From the NCBI RefSeq assembly GCF_945882885.1, contig NZ_CAMCWT010000005.1:18590-82589 (forward strand): a stretch of 64,000 nt of DNA, given 5' to 3'. The position numbers and the translations under genes were made by a program. Position 1 is the first letter of the stretch; the number at the start of each line of letters is the position of its first letter. This document shows positions 21,956-32,243 of the stretch, piece after piece. The notes beneath the pieces were generated by a model. The model was not told where the DNA came from and ran no database searches. It was given only the letters and a program-made list of their open reading frames with translations. This stretch comes from Sandarakinorhabdus limnophila DSM 17366. Lineage in GTDB: Bacteria; Pseudomonadota; Alphaproteobacteria; Sphingomonadales; Sphingomonadaceae.

Positions 21956-22276
21956 TTATCGAACCCGCTCATTCTGCGCCAGCGATTCGGCCATTCGGTC
22001 CAATTGTTCCTGCGTCGCCGGATGCTGATGCTGCGCCTTCCACTCGGTCTGGCTCATGCCATAAACATGGATGCGGCCCTCAACCTTGCTAACGGCCAAG
22101 CCCAACTTCTCAGCTTCCTCGTGCAGCCAGTCGCCCAGGCAGTTGCGGCAAAAGCCGCTCCAGCCCATCAGGTCGATATTCTGCACGTCAGTGCGCTGGC
22201 GCAAATGCAGCATCAGGCGGCGAAAGGCTGCGGCTTCAAGCCGTTCCCGCACTGCATCATCGGCAAGGATCGTCAT
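21956..22276 (-). CDS. DUF1244 family protein
   Basis: 106 aa from the ATG at 22276: ...AAFRRLMLHLRQRTDVQNIDLMGWSGFCRNCLGDW. Confidence 0.7.
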   Translation of the reverse strand: MTILADDAVRERLEAAAFRRLMLHLRQRTDVQNIDLMGWSGFCRNCLGDWLHEEAEKLGLAVSKVEGRIHVYGMSQTEWKAQHQHPATQEQLDRMAESLAQNERVR

Positions 22277-22353
22277 GGCGGTGTCTCTCTCCTGTGGCAC
22301 TGCGCCGCATCAACCGCTAGGGTAGCGGCAAATCCGAACGACTGAGACGCAGC

Positions 22354-23805
22354 ATGAGCCGACATCTTCAACCAAGGGCCCGCCGGGTCAAGGTGCTGGC
22401 CACGTTGGGGCCAGCATCGGCTTCGGAAGAGATGATCAGCAAACTGCATGCGGCCGGTGCCGATGCCTTTCGTGTGAACATGAGCCACGGCAGCCACGAA
22501 AGCCAAGGCAAGCTGATCGCGGCGGTGCGCGCTGTCGAAAAGGCCAATGGCCGGCCGATCGCCATCCTTGCTGATCTGCAAGGGCCGAAATTGCGGGTGG
22601 GCCGGGTCGCCGGCGGCGCGGCGGAGTTGGTGAAGGGCCAGGCCTTCCGTTTCGATCGCCACACTGCGCCGGGTGATACAGCGCGCGTTTGCCTCCCGCA
22701 CAAGGAAATCTTTGCCGCGCTGCGCCCCGGTGCCCGCCTGCTGGTTGACGATGGCAAGATCGTGCTGCGCGCCATCGACGTTTCGGAAGACGCCATTGAT
22801 TGCGTGGTGGAGGTGCCCGGCACCATCAAGGACAACAAGGGCGTCAACGTGCCCGATGTGGTGGTACCGCTGCCGGCGCTGACCCCGAAGGACCGCGCCG
22901 ATCTCAGCTTTGCGCTCGATTGCGGGGTGGACTGGGTGGCCCTGAGCTTCGTGCAACGCCCCGAAGACGTCGCCGAAGCGCGCCGGCTGATTGGCGGCCG
23001 CGCCGCGCTGCTCGCCAAGATCGAGAAGCCGGCGGCGCTGGAACGGCTGGAGGAGATATTGGAAATCGCCGACGCCGTGATGGTGGCGCGCGGGGATCTG
23101 GGTGTCGAACTGCCGCCGCAGAATGTGCCGCCCGCCCAGAAACGCATCGTTGCCATGGCGCGCAGTCTGGGCAAGCCGGTGGTGGTGGCGACCCAGATGC
23201 TGGAATCGATGATCACCAGCCCCTCGCCCACCCGCGCCGAAGTATCGGACGTGGCGACCGCAATCTATGACGGCGCCGATGCCGTGATGCTGTCCGCCGA
23301 AAGCGCCGCCGGGGCCTGGCCGGTGGAAGCGGTGAGCATGATGGATGCCATCGCTGCCCAGGTGGAGGCCGACCCGAGCTATCATGGCCGCGTGCATTTC
23401 ACCGAAGTGGCCACCGGCCGTTCAACGGCGGCCGCCATCACGTCGGCCGCTGCCGACATCAGCCGCACCATCGGCGCCCGCGCCATTGCCTGCTTCACCA
23501 TCTCCGGCTCCACTGCCGGCCGCGCCGCGCGCGAGCGGCCTTCGGTGCCGGTGCTGTGCCTCACGCCCAGCCAGACGACGGCGCGGCGCATGGGCCTGGT
23601 GTGGGGTGTGCATGCAGTCACCACCCGCGATGTTGGCAGTTTCGAGGAAATGGTGGCCAAATCCAAGCGTATGGCATTGCGAACGGGTCTGGCCAAAGGC
23701 GGCGATCCGCTGGTGCTGATCGCCGGCGTGCCCTTTTCGACGCCCGGCACCACCAACGTCGTCCACGTTGTCCGACTGACGGGGGACGAGCTGAAGAATT
23801 ATTGA
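22354..23805 (+). CDS. pyk: pyruvate kinase
   Basis: 483 aa: KVLATLGPAS, FRVNMSHGSHE, MVARGDLGVE. Confidence 0.92.
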   Translation: MSRHLQPRARRVKVLATLGPASASEEMISKLHAAGADAFRVNMSHGSHESQGKLIAAVRAVEKANGRPIAILADLQGPKLRVGRVAGGAAELVKGQAFRFDRHTAPGDTARVCLPHKEIFAALRPGARLLVDDGKIVLRAIDVSEDAIDCVVEVPGTIKDNKGVNVPDVVVPLPALTPKDRADLSFALDCGVDWVALSFVQRPEDVAEARRLIGGRAALLAKIEKPAALERLEEILEIADAVMVARGDLGVELPPQNVPPAQKRIVAMARSLGKPVVVATQMLESMITSPSPTRAEVSDVATAIYDGADAVMLSAESAAGAWPVEAVSMMDAIAAQVEADPSYHGRVHFTEVATGRSTAAAITSAAADISRTIGARAIACFTISGSTAGRAARERPSVPVLCLTPSQTTARRMGLVWGVHAVTTRDVGSFEEMVAKSKRMALRTGLAKGGDPLVLIAGVPFSTPGTTNVVHVVRLTGDELKNY

Positions 23806-24419
23806 GCCAGCAGGCCCAGCCGCGCCAATTCCGCCGCCAGCACTTCGTGGCCGGTGAACAGGTGGCCCACAAAGCCGTTGGCCACGGCTGCCTCCACATT
23901 GTCGGCGCGGTCATCGATGAAGATCGCTTCACCGGGGCCAAGGCCGAAACGGCGCAGGGCGAGTTGATAGATCGCGGCATCCGGTTTGGTCAGCCGCTCT
24001 TCGCCTGAAACGATGATGTCGGTGAAATGATCGAACACCGGCCACTCGGTCCGGAACGGTGGCCAGAATTCGTGGCTGAAATTGGTGATGGCAAACAGCG
24101 GCACGCAGGCCGCGGCCAACTGCTCCACCAGTTCGATCATGCCAGAAATGGCACCGGGTACCGTTTCATTGAAGCGGGGGCCATATTGGCGGATCAGTTC
24201 AGCCTCGGCCGGGAAGCGGGCGATGAGTTCGGCGCTGGTTTCCGCAAACGGCCGGCCGGCATCATGCTGGAAATGCCAGGTCGGCGTCACCACCTCAACC
24301 AGGAACCAGTCCAGCCGCGCCGGATCGGGGATCAACGGCGCATAGAAAGCGCGCACGTTCCAATCCACCAGCACATTGCCGACATCGAACACCACGGCAG
24401 TCGGCAAGATTCTGGCCAT
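23799..24419 (-). CDS. HAD-superfamily hydrolase (YihX-like subfamily IA)
   Basis: Start at the ATG at 24419. Motif I VVFDVGNVLVDW resembles E. coli YihX FDLGNVIV. It is convergent with pyk and overlaps it by 7 nt. Confidence 0.78.
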   Translation of the reverse strand: MARILPTAVVFDVGNVLVDWNVRAFYAPLIPDPARLDWFLVEVVTPTWHFQHDAGRPFAETSAELIARFPAEAELIRQYGPRFNETVPGAISGMIELVEQLAAACVPLFAITNFSHEFWPPFRTEWPVFDHFTDIIVSGEERLTKPDAAIYQLALRRFGLGPGEAIFIDDRADNVEAAVANGFVGHLFTGHEVLAAELARLGLLAQ

Positions 24420-24442
24420 CACCAACCCCACAAACAGCAAAA

Positions 24443-24462
24443 CCCCCGCCCGATGGCAGGGG
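24443..24462 (-). terminator. Rho-independent-type terminator downstream of rpmJ
   Basis: On the minus strand there is a CCCC-TGCC-atcg-GGC-G-GGGG hairpin followed by GUUUUGCUGUUU. It lies 46 nt after the rpmJ stop. Confidence 0.5.
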
Positions 24463-24507
24463 TCTCACCAAGTCAACCTGCCGGCCAAACGGGCCAGCGG
24501 CGCGGCT

Positions 24508-24633
24508 TCAGCCCTGGCGGGCCTTGAAGCGACGGTTGGTCTTGTTGATGACATAGGTGCGGCCGCGACGACGCACGATCTGGCAGTCACGGTGGCGGCC
24601 CTTGAGGCTCTTGAGGCTGTTGCGGATCTTCAT
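24508..24633 (-). CDS. rpmJ: 50S ribosomal protein L36, zinc-independent (type B, YkgO-like)
   Basis: Absent from the ORF track because it is under 60 aa. My translation is [41 protein letters not shown] (41 aa). It has only one Cys and resembles E. coli YkgO rather than the Cys3His RpmJ. Confidence 0.9.
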   Translation of the reverse strand: MKIRNSLKSLKGRHRDCQIVRRRGRTYVINKTNRRFKARQG

Positions 24634-24786
24634 GATCAATCCCGGCAAGTGAATCGGTGGTGAAACGAAAGCCGGTCGCTAAGGGAGGCGCTGCGCTTTG
24701 TCAACCGCGGTCGCCTGATCCACCCTTGCTTGCCCGCAGCCGAAGTGCGACCAGACAGGGGTATAAGTGCCCCGCGAGTAAAGCCC

Positions 24787-25392
24787 ATGACCCGCCACAT
24801 GATTTTGCCTGCCGTGCTGGCCGCCCTGCTGCTGCCATCGGTGGCCCATGCCGCAACCGTGAAAGTGGAGGTAACCCGCTTCCACATCCTGGCACCGCCG
24901 GCACCGCCGCTGACCGGCAGCAGCATCACGGTGGAGCCAGCCGATCCGGCGGCGGCATCCTCGCTGCAGTTCGGCGCGCTGGCCGCTGTGGCCAATGCCG
25001 AACTGGCCAAGGCGGGCTTTACGCTGGCAACGGGCGGCCAGCCGGCTGATCATGTCGCGCGCATTTCGCTTACCGGCAACAGCGAGGTGGTCCGCAAACG
25101 CTCCCCCATATCGATTGGCATCGGCGGCGGCACTGGCGGCTGGAATGGCGGCCTTGGCGGCGGTGTGACCTTCCCGGTGGGTGGCGGCACCCGCAACGTG
25201 ACGGCCGCGCTGATGACGCTGCAGATCCGCCGGGCCAGCGACGGCAGCGCCGTGTGGGAAGGCCGCGCCAGCACCATCGCTCCCAGCATCGATCCGATCA
25301 GCGCCGCGCCGGTGCTGCTGCAGGCCCTGCTCAAGGGCTTTCCCGGCCCGAGCGGCCAGAGCGTGACCGTGAAAGTGAAGACCGACCAATGA
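24787..25392 (+). CDS. exported protein, DUF4136-like, with a glycine-rich loop
   Basis: Signal MTRHMILPAVLAALLLPSVAHA and GIGGGTGGWNGGLGGGVTFPVGGG. The family call is tentative. The track start at 24730 is trimmed. Confidence 0.5.
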   Translation: MTRHMILPAVLAALLLPSVAHAATVKVEVTRFHILAPPAPPLTGSSITVEPADPAAASSLQFGALAAVANAELAKAGFTLATGGQPADHVARISLTGNSEVVRKRSPISIGIGGGTGGWNGGLGGGVTFPVGGGTRNVTAALMTLQIRRASDGSAVWEGRASTIAPSIDPISAAPVLLQALLKGFPGPSGQSVTVKVKTDQ

Positions 25393-26519
25393 TCAGCATC
25401 GATACTGCCTTTGATTCGGGCAACATCCAGGTCGAGCGGATTGCCGGCCCGCACGAGATCGTGCTGACCATAGGCAAGGACGCGCACAGCGACTTCTATC
25501 AATGGTTCCACTTTCGCCTTTCTGGAGCGAAGGACCAGCGCTGCATCATCCGCATCATCGATCTGAACAACTGCGCCTATCCCGGCGGCTGGCCGGGCTA
25601 TCGCGCCTGCGTTTCGGGAGACCGGCAGACGTGGCGGCGCGCGCTGACCAGTTTCGATCCCAAATCCGCCAATGGCACGCTCACCATCGAGGTGACGCCA
25701 AGCGTTGACCAGCTTTGGCTGGCCTATTTCGCGCCGTATTCCATGGAGCGGCACCATGATCTGATTGCCCGCATCGCCGCCCAGCCCGGCGTGCGCGCCG
25801 ATGTGCTGGGCCTCAGCCTTGATGGCCGGGCGATTGACCGGTTGGTCGTGGGCGATGGCGCCAAGACCGTGTGGCTCTATGCCCGCCAGCATCCGGGCGA
25901 GAGCATGGCCGAATGGTGGATGGAAGGTGCGCTGGAGCGACTGACTGACCCGCACGATCCGGTAGCGCGCACGTTGCGCCAACAGGCCACTTTCCACATC
26001 GTGCCCAATATGAACCCTGATGGCAGTTTCCGCGGCCATCTGCGCACCAACGCCGCCGGCGTGAACCTCAACCGCGAATGGCAAGCGCCGTCAGCGGAAA
26101 AATCGCCTGAAGTATTGTGTGTGCGGCAAGCGATGGACAAAACCGGCTGCGACCTCGCCATGGATGTGCATGGTGATGAAGCCATCCCGCAGGTGTTCAT
26201 CGCCGGCTTTGAAGGCATCCCGTCGATCACGCCGAAACAGCTGGCGCTACTCGCCGATTACAAGGCGCGGCTGGCGCGGATAACGCCGGATTTCCAGACC
26301 GCGAAAGGCTATCCCGTCGCCCGCCCCGGCACCGCCAATCTGGCCATGAGCACCAACCAGCTGGCCGAGCGGTTCGGCTGCCTCGCCATGACGTTGGAAA
26401 TGCCGTTCAAGGACAACGACGATCTGCCCTGCGCCGAGTATGGCTGGTCGCCGCAGCGTTCGATGCAACTGGGCCGCGATTGCCTGGCGGCGATCATGGA
26501 AGTGATGCCCGAGCTGTAA
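25389..26519 (+). CDS. M14-family zinc carboxypeptidase (cytosolic carboxypeptidase-like, with N-terminal beta domain)
   Basis: The ATG at 25389 overlaps the upstream stop (ATGA). It has the HPGESMAEW (HxxE) zinc motif and a later H ligand region DVHGDE. Confidence 0.8.
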   Translation: MISIDTAFDSGNIQVERIAGPHEIVLTIGKDAHSDFYQWFHFRLSGAKDQRCIIRIIDLNNCAYPGGWPGYRACVSGDRQTWRRALTSFDPKSANGTLTIEVTPSVDQLWLAYFAPYSMERHHDLIARIAAQPGVRADVLGLSLDGRAIDRLVVGDGAKTVWLYARQHPGESMAEWWMEGALERLTDPHDPVARTLRQQATFHIVPNMNPDGSFRGHLRTNAAGVNLNREWQAPSAEKSPEVLCVRQAMDKTGCDLAMDVHGDEAIPQVFIAGFEGIPSITPKQLALLADYKARLARITPDFQTAKGYPVARPGTANLAMSTNQLAERFGCLAMTLEMPFKDNDDLPCAEYGWSPQRSMQLGRDCLAAIMEVMPEL

Positions 26520-26596
26520 GCGATCCACCTTGGCTGATTGATGGGGTGACGGGGCGCGCCCACGCCCCCTATCGTGACGGCCAAAGGGAGACCGTC

Positions 26597-27397
26597 ATGA
26601 GCTATACCCACATATTGTTCGAAGAAGCCGAGGGCATCGCCACCCTCACCATCAACCGGCCGCAGGTGATGAACGCGCTCCACGTGGGCGTGATCGAGGA
26701 GATGATCGACGCGGTGGACCGGGTGCGCGACGAAGGCACGGCGCGCGTGCTGGTCCTGACCGGCACGGGGCGCGGCTTCTGTTCGGGCGCCGATCTGGCC
26801 GGCGGCGGGGCTGGCGGTGGCGCAAAACGCTCCGGCCCGCCGGATGCCGGTGCCGTGCTCGAATCGCATTTCAATCCGCTGCTGGAGCGCTTGTTTGCGC
26901 TGCCGGTGCCGTTCATCACCTCGGTCAACGGCGTCGCGGCCGGTGCCGGCTGTTCCTATGCGCTGGCCGGCGACATCGTGATTGCGGCGAAATCCGCCTA
27001 TTTCTTGCAGGCCTTCGTCAACATCGGGCTGGTGCCCGACGTCGGCTCGACCTGGCTGCTGCCGCGGCTGGCCGGCCGGGCGCGGGCGCAGGCCATGATG
27101 ATGCTGGGCGAACGCATCCCGGCCGAAACCGCGCTGGATTGGGGAATGGTCTACAAGGTGGTCGAGGATGCCGATCTGGCCGCAGCCACCCGTGCCGTGG
27201 CCGAGAAACTGGCGAAGGGGCCGACCAAATCCTATGCCCTGATCCGCCAAGGTATCCGCGATTGCCTGGATGTATCGCTGTCCGAAGGCCTGATGGTGGA
27301 GCGCCGCAACCAGCTTCTGGCCGGGCGCAGCGCCGATTTCGTGGAGGGTGTCAGCGCCTTCCTGCAGAAGCGGCCGGCGACATTCACCGGGAAATAA
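26597..27397 (+). CDS. enoyl-CoA hydratase/isomerase family protein
   Basis: ATG at 26597 preceded by AGGGAG. Sequence: MSYTHILFEEAEGIATLTINRPQVMNAL, GTGRGFCSGADL. Confidence 0.85.
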   Translation: MSYTHILFEEAEGIATLTINRPQVMNALHVGVIEEMIDAVDRVRDEGTARVLVLTGTGRGFCSGADLAGGGAGGGAKRSGPPDAGAVLESHFNPLLERLFALPVPFITSVNGVAAGAGCSYALAGDIVIAAKSAYFLQAFVNIGLVPDVGSTWLLPRLAGRARAQAMMMLGERIPAETALDWGMVYKVVEDADLAAATRAVAEKLAKGPTKSYALIRQGIRDCLDVSLSEGLMVERRNQLLAGRSADFVEGVSAFLQKRPATFTGK

Positions 27398-27398
27398 C

Positions 27399-28502
27399 TC
27401 ACTCCATCACCAGCACCGGCTTCACCGCCTTGCCGCTGGCCATATCGGCCACGGCTTCGTTGATGGCTGCCAGCGGATACTCTGTCACAAGCGGTGCGTG
27501 ATTGAAGCGGCCGGCACGGTGGCGGTCGATCAGCCAGGGGATGAAGCTCTGCGGATCGGCATCGCCTTCCACGGCGCCGCGCAACGAACGCCCGCCGAGC
27601 AGCGTGTTGGGGTTGAACGTGATTTCGGTGCCCGGCGCGGTGACGGCCAGCATGGCGAGTTCCCCCCTGCTGGCCAGCGCCTCCAGACCGGCGCGGATCA
27701 CGGCTGAGGCCCCGGTGGTATCGACGATGCGATCGATGCCGGTCGCCACCACCTCGCGCAGCGCCAGCATCATGTCGCGGCCATCGGCCAATATGGTGTG
27801 CGTCGCCCCCAGGCGACGGGCGAGCGCCAGCCGTTCGGCAACCCGATCGACCGCGATGATGGTGTGGCAGCCGCGGTCCACCGCCGCCAGCAGAGCCGCC
27901 AGCCCCACCGAACCTGCGCCCATCACGGCGAACCCGTGATGCGGCTGCACGTTCAGCGTGTTGTAGGCGGTGCCGGCTCCTGTCTGCAGGCCGCAGCCAA
28001 ACGGGGCAGCCAGCGCGAACGACACGTCATCGGCCAGCTTCACCGTATTGCGCGCATAGGCGATGGCATGATCGGCAAAGCTGGATTGGCCAAAGAAGCC
28101 ACCATAGACCGGCTGCCCATTCTGGCTCATCGGCACCCGGCCGTCGGGCAACACGCCGGCGTAGTTCAACGCCATGAAGTTCGCACAATATTGCGGGTGA
28201 TCATGGCTGCAACTGGGGCAGGCGCCGCAGCTGGCATAGCTCAGCACCACGCGGTCTCCGGCGGCCACGTTGGTGACGCCTTCGCCCACCGCCAGCACCG
28301 TGCCAGCGCCTTCATGGCCCAGCACCTGCGGCAAGGGTGTGCCCTGTTCGTAACGCTGCACGCCCACATCGGTGAAGCAGATGCCGCAGGCCGCCAGCTT
28401 GACCAGCACCTGCCCCGGCCCGGGATCGGCCAGCTCAACGGTTTCGATGTTGTAGGGCTGCCCTCGTTGGCGCAGCACGGCAGCGCGCGTGGAGGTTGGC
28501 AT
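27399..28502 (-). CDS. zinc-type NAD(P)-dependent alcohol dehydrogenase
   Basis: 367 aa: CGICFTD, GHEGAG, GAGSVGLAA Rossmann motif. Confidence 0.85.
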   Translation of the reverse strand: MPTSTRAAVLRQRGQPYNIETVELADPGPGQVLVKLAACGICFTDVGVQRYEQGTPLPQVLGHEGAGTVLAVGEGVTNVAAGDRVVLSYASCGACPSCSHDHPQYCANFMALNYAGVLPDGRVPMSQNGQPVYGGFFGQSSFADHAIAYARNTVKLADDVSFALAAPFGCGLQTGAGTAYNTLNVQPHHGFAVMGAGSVGLAALLAAVDRGCHTIIAVDRVAERLALARRLGATHTILADGRDMMLALREVVATGIDRIVDTTGASAVIRAGLEALASRGELAMLAVTAPGTEITFNPNTLLGGRSLRGAVEGDADPQSFIPWLIDRHRAGRFNHAPLVTEYPLAAINEAVADMASGKAVKPVLVME

Positions 28503-28628
28503 GTCTCATCTCCTTGATCGATTTTTCAACAGTGTCGCGCCGCGGCGCCGGGCTGGCAAGGCGGATTGATGTTCGCAAGCATGCGCCCGGCTTGACCACG
28601 CGCCCGCGCCCGTCCAGATACGGCGTTC

Positions 28629-28871
28629 ATGGACACGCCCGCTGCCCCCCAGCCCAGCTTCGAAGACGCCCTGCGCGAGCTTGAAGACATTGTGCGCAAG
28701 CTGGAATCGGGCGATCTCAGCCTCGATGACAGCATCGCGCTCTATGAACGCGGCCAGTCACTGAAATCGCTGTGCGAAACCCGGTTGAACGATGCACGCA
28801 TGCGGATCGAACAGATCCAGCAGAATGCCGCCGGCGAAGCCGTCGCCACCCGCCCCTTTGACGCGCAATAA
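28629..28871 (+). CDS. xseB: exodeoxyribonuclease VII small subunit
   Basis: 80 aa: FEDALRELEDIVRKLESGDLSLDDSIALYERG. Confidence 0.9.
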   Translation: MDTPAAPQPSFEDALRELEDIVRKLESGDLSLDDSIALYERGQSLKSLCETRLNDARMRIEQIQQNAAGEAVATRPFDAQ

Positions 28872-28883
28872 GGGCGAACGGAC

Positions 28884-29783
28884 ATGGTGCAGCCCTCGCT
28901 CAGCCTGAAGCCCGCCCTTGATGCCATCGGCAAGGCCATCGATCAGCGTTTCGATCGGCTGCTGGCCATGCCCGATGACAGCCGCGCTCGGCTGTATGAA
29001 GCCATGCGCCATGCGGCGATCGGCGGTGGCAAACGCATGCGCCCGCTGCTGGTGATTGCGGCCTGCGATATCTTCCATGTGCCACGCGAACAGGCGCTCA
29101 GGGTCGCGCTCGCGATCGAATGCATCCATGTCTACAGCCTGATCCACGACGATCTGCCGTGCATGGACGATGATGACCTGCGCCGCGGCAAGCCCACCGT
29201 GCATAAGGCCTTCGACGAAGCCACCGCCGTGCTGGCCGGCGATTGCCTGCACGATCTGGCTTTTGAAATCCTGGCCGATCCTGCCACCCACCAAGATCCA
29301 GTCGCCCGGCTGGAACTCATCACCCAACTTGCCATCCAGTCCGGTCCGGCCGGCATGGCCGGCGGCCAGATAATGGACCTGGTGGCCGGCGACGTGACCT
29401 ATGATCTGGCCGGCATCACCCGGCTGCAGCAGCTGAAAACCGGCGCACTGATCGTGTGGTGCCTGGAAGCCGGCGCCATTATGGGCCGGGCATCGGAAGC
29501 CAACAAGAAAAGCTTGCGCGCCTACGCCCGCGATCTCGGCCTGGCCTTCCAGATCGCCGATGATCTGCTCGACGTGGAAGGCGAATCCGCCAAGACCGGC
29601 AAGGCCGTGCAGAAGGATGCAGCCGCCGGCAAGGCGACCTTCGTCTCTCTGCTGGGGGTCGAACGCGCCCGCGCCCAGGCCAATGCCCTGATCGATCAGG
29701 CCATCGCCCATCTTTCCGGTTTCGGACCGGAGGCCGATCTGCTGCGCGCCATTGCGCGTTTCGCTGTCGAGCGTGATCGGTAA
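28884..29783 (+). CDS. ispA: farnesyl diphosphate synthase / polyprenyl synthetase
   Basis: 299 aa with the first DDxxD region LIHDDLPCMDDDDLRRG and the second FQIADDLLD. It is in the canonical position after xseB. Confidence 0.85.
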   Translation: MVQPSLSLKPALDAIGKAIDQRFDRLLAMPDDSRARLYEAMRHAAIGGGKRMRPLLVIAACDIFHVPREQALRVALAIECIHVYSLIHDDLPCMDDDDLRRGKPTVHKAFDEATAVLAGDCLHDLAFEILADPATHQDPVARLELITQLAIQSGPAGMAGGQIMDLVAGDVTYDLAGITRLQQLKTGALIVWCLEAGAIMGRASEANKKSLRAYARDLGLAFQIADDLLDVEGESAKTGKAVQKDAAAGKATFVSLLGVERARAQANALIDQAIAHLSGFGPEADLLRAIARFAVERDR

Positions 29784-29795
29784 GAAGCAAGCCTC

Positions 29796-30296
29796 ATGAC
29801 CCGTATTGGCGTCTATCCCGGCACCTTCGATCCGATGACCCTTGGGCATATGGACATCATCCGCCGTGGCGCGCGGCTGGTGGACAGGCTGGTGATTGGT
29901 GTGGCCACCAACCCATCGAAATCGCCGATGTTCACGCTGGCGGAGCGCAAGGCGCAGATCATCCGCGAAACCGCTGACATCCCCAACGTGGACGTTGCCG
30001 ATTTCGATGAGCTGCTGATGACCTTTGCCGAGCGGTTGAACGCCACGGTAATCGTGCGCGGCCTGCGCGGTGCCGGCGATTTCGAATATGAGTTCCAGAT
30101 GACCGGCATGAACCGGGCGCTGAATGACGATATCGAACAGGTATTTCTAATGGCCGATGTCGCCTTGCAGCCGATCGCTTCACGTCTGGTCAAGGAAATT
30201 GCTGTTTATGGTGGCGACATCCGCAAGTTCGTCCCGCCCCGTATCGCTGCCGATGTGGTGGCCAGGGTCGCGGAAACCGGATTGAAAGGCCAATGA
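29796..30296 (+). CDS. coaD: pantetheine-phosphate adenylyltransferase
   Basis: 166 aa: GVYPGTFDPMTLGHMDII. Confidence 0.92.
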   Translation: MTRIGVYPGTFDPMTLGHMDIIRRGARLVDRLVIGVATNPSKSPMFTLAERKAQIIRETADIPNVDVADFDELLMTFAERLNATVIVRGLRGAGDFEYEFQMTGMNRALNDDIEQVFLMADVALQPIASRLVKEIAVYGGDIRKFVPPRIAADVVARVAETGLKGQ

Positions 30297-31027
30297 TGCG
30301 ATTGCCGTTGCTGATTGCTGCTGTGTTCACTCTGGCTGCCGGACCGGCTCTGGCCCAGCAACAGCGCATCGATCCCAAGGATCTGAAGGCCCCGCCCAAG
30401 CTGCCGGAAATGGCGGCGCCGTCCAATATCGCCGGCATGATCGCCCAGGTGGACCAGGAAAATATCTTGGTGCTCGATCTGTCGTCGGGCGGCCGCGTCA
30501 AGATCGTCATGCGCCCGGATGTGGCGCCCAAGCACGTGGAGCGCATTCGCACGCTGGCGCGCCAGGGTTTCTACGATGGCACCGTCTTCCACCGCGTGAT
30601 CGATGGCTTCATGGCGCAGGGCGGTGATCCCACCGGCACCGGCACAGGCGGTTCTAAGCTCGACGATCTGAAGGCCGAATTCAACGATCTGCCGCACGTA
30701 CGCGGCGCTGCCGCCATGGCGCGTTCGCAGAGCGACGACAGCGCCAACAGCCAGTTTTATATCGTGCTGATGCCCGCCCTGAAGCTGGATCGCACCTACA
30801 CAGTGTGGGGCCGCGTGGTGGAAGGCATGGCCTATGTGGACGGCATCGAAAAGGGCGAGCCGCCGGAAAATCCCAGCCGCATCATCAAGGCCAGCATCGC
30901 GGCCGACAAGGTGCCGCCGCCCAATTTTGCAGCGCTGAAGGCCAAGGCCTCGCCGATTCCGGCGGGTGTGCTGAACCTGCCCCCACCGGCATCCGGCACG
31001 CAATCGGGGCCGCAGCCGCCCCGCTGA
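30293..31027 (+). CDS. periplasmic cyclophilin-type peptidyl-prolyl isomerase with a Pro-rich C-terminal tail
   Basis: ATGA overlap with coaD. Signal MMRLPLLIAAVFTLAAGPALA and FHRVIDGFMAQGGDP. Confidence 0.88.
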   Translation: MMRLPLLIAAVFTLAAGPALAQQQRIDPKDLKAPPKLPEMAAPSNIAGMIAQVDQENILVLDLSSGGRVKIVMRPDVAPKHVERIRTLARQGFYDGTVFHRVIDGFMAQGGDPTGTGTGGSKLDDLKAEFNDLPHVRGAAAMARSQSDDSANSQFYIVLMPALKLDRTYTVWGRVVEGMAYVDGIEKGEPPENPSRIIKASIAADKVPPPNFAALKAKASPIPAGVLNLPPPASGTQSGPQPPR

Positions 31028-31066
31028 CCCCCTCCCTCTTCCTCCGACCAAAGGGCTGTTCCCCCG

Positions 31067-32116
31067 ATGCTGGTTGATGATTTCGATTTCGATTTGCCCG
31101 AAGACCGCATCCCGCTGCGACCGGTGATACCGCGCGACAGCGCCCGGCTGCTGACCGTACGCGGCAGGGATGTCGGTGTGTTGGACGATCTCCACTTCAC
31201 CGATCTGCCCGGCCAGCTGCGCCCTGGCGACGTGCTGGTGGTGAATGATACCCGCGTGATCCCGGCGCAATTGTTTGCAAACGTAGGCGAAGCCGCCATC
31301 GGCGTGACGCTGCACAAGCGCGAGAGCGGCAACCGCTGGTGGAGTTTCGTCAAGAACGCCCGCCGCCTGAAACCGGGCACCCGCGTGGACTTCAGCCAAG
31401 GCGGCAGCGCCCTGCTGATCGGCGAGGTGATCGAAAAGGCCGACGAGGGCGGCGTGCTCTGGCAGTTTGAAACCGCCGGCCAGCCACTGGAATCGGCGTT
31501 GCACAACGTGGGCGAAATGCCGTTGCCGCCCTATATTGCCCGCCGGCGCGGCATCGATGCTCAGGATTTCAGCGATTATCAGACGCTGCATGCCGCCAAG
31601 GACGGCGCCGTTGCCGCCCCCACCGCCGGCCTGCACTTCACGCCGCGCTTGTGGGCCGCCTTGCACGCAGCCGGCATCTCGCGCGAGACCGTGACGCTGC
31701 ACGTGGGTGCCGGCACCTTCCTGCCGGTGAAGGCAGACAGGATCGAAGATCACCAGATGCACGCCGAATGGGGCAGCATCGATGATCAGACCGCCCTGCG
31801 CCTCAACGCTGCCCGGGCCACGGGTGGTCGCATCATTGCCGTGGGCACCACCTCCCTGCGCCTGCTCGAATCCGCCGTCGACAAGGGGGGTGCCATCCGA
31901 GCTTTTTCAGGCGACACCTCGATCTTCATCACACCCGGCTATCGCTGGAAGGCCATCGACGGCCTGATTACCAACTTCCACTTACCGCGCTCGACCCTGT
32001 TCATGCTGGTCAGCGCGCTGATGGGGTTGGACGTGATGCGCAAGGCCTACGCCCATGCCATCGAGAACGAATATCGTTTCTACAGCTATGGCGACGGCAG
32101 CCTGTTGCTGCCCTGA
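31067..32116 (+). CDS. queA: S-adenosylmethionine:tRNA ribosyltransferase-isomerase
   Basis: 349 aa: [19 protein letters not shown]..., typical QueA throughout. Confidence 0.92.
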   Translation: MLVDDFDFDLPEDRIPLRPVIPRDSARLLTVRGRDVGVLDDLHFTDLPGQLRPGDVLVVNDTRVIPAQLFANVGEAAIGVTLHKRESGNRWWSFVKNARRLKPGTRVDFSQGGSALLIGEVIEKADEGGVLWQFETAGQPLESALHNVGEMPLPPYIARRRGIDAQDFSDYQTLHAAKDGAVAAPTAGLHFTPRLWAALHAAGISRETVTLHVGAGTFLPVKADRIEDHQMHAEWGSIDDQTALRLNAARATGGRIIAVGTTSLRLLESAVDKGGAIRAFSGDTSIFITPGYRWKAIDGLITNFHLPRSTLFMLVSALMGLDVMRKAYAHAIENEYRFYSYGDGSLLLP

Positions 32117-32243
32117 TCACGACGCGGGCAACCGGAGTGGCTGAAGCCGCAGCTCCGCGTAGATGACAGCAACGCATTCATTTTGGTTAAATATCGGCAA
32201 ATTTCTATTGTCGAATCTATTCTGCCCGCCCTAGGGTGCCGCC

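Noticed and set aside
30206-31762. 518-aa ORF on the - strand. Similar long antisense ORFs are 33580..35067, 28758..29849, 22273..23397 and 25050..26084.
   Set aside because: All lie opposite strongly recognisable genes (PPIase/queA, mgtE, ispA, pyk, M14 peptidase), and none has family features.
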